A stretch of 64,000 nucleotides of DNA, taken from assembly GCA_951406725.2 (NCBI GenBank), contig OX597823.1, positions 80,538,001-80,602,000 of the forward strand. Direction: 5' to 3'. The stretch is from Octopus vulgaris. Taxonomy: Eukaryota. Position numbers and translations under genes: made by a program. Shown in pieces: positions 63,461-64,000 of the stretch; position 1 is the stretch's first letter; every line of letters begins with the position of its first letter. The notes under the pieces were generated by a model. That model searched no databases and had not been told where the DNA came from. It saw nothing but the letters and a program-made list of their open reading frames with translations.

Positions 63461-64000
63461 ATATATAGAAATGTGTGTGTGTGTGTGTATGTGTATCAGC
63501 ATCATCATCATTTAATATCCATTTTACATGCCGGCATGGGTTGGGTGGTTTGATCAGAGCTAGCAATCCAGAGAGCTATACTAGGTTCCACTTTGATATG
63601 GCTTGGTTTCTATGGCTGCATGCCCTTCCTAAAACCAGCCACTTAACAGTGTGTGCTAGGAACTTTTTAACATAGCACTAGTATAAGTGCTTTTATGTGT
63701 GTATATGTGTGTGTGTATGTGTGAGTGTGTGTGTGTATGCACAACAGGCTTCATTCAATTTCCATCTACCAAATCCATTTACAAGACTTTGGTTAGCTCA
63801 GAGTTATTTATTTCTCTGTTAATTTTACATTAAGTCAGTTCATGGTTTACTCATAAAATGATTGTAGACATGTTAAGAGGTATTAAAAATTCTAAAGAAA
63901 ATAAACTGAGACTGTAATATATAGCCATGACTAAAATTTGACTACTTGATATAAACAATGATTCATGTCAGAATATAGCAAAGAATGTCATGTCTTAAAT

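Overview
AT-rich, repeat-dense animal DNA. The SINE, mariner and microsatellite content looks like an octopus or other cephalopod genome (inference). Three main components. (1) 4.1-19.7 kb: a head-to-tail array of six related Tx1/L1-clade non-LTR retrotransposon copies on the + strand, each joined to the next by a (TTA)n microsatellite. One copy is full length but disabled (ORF1 with RRM-like region and CCHC knuckle; ORF2 with APE, RT and zinc finger). Four copies keep the 5' end and most of ORF1 but lost ORF2 through different deletions. The copies share a DPE-like motif and covarying 5'-UTR hairpins, and a young tRNA-SINE at 35.8 kb carries the same 3' tail. (2) 20-43 kb: intergenic sequence with SINEs, LINE ends, mariner, Helitron and MITE relics. 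(3) 43.4-61.6 kb: the first nine coding exons (397 codons, splice phases all consistent) of the meiotic MutS homolog MSH4 on +, continuing beyond the window. Several Penelope-type hammerhead ribozyme motifs are present, some inside fold-back elements in MSH4 introns, including a tRNA-headed element with a hammerhead tail. Repeat boundaries were read by eye and are approximate. Family assignments come from motif recognition, not database searches.
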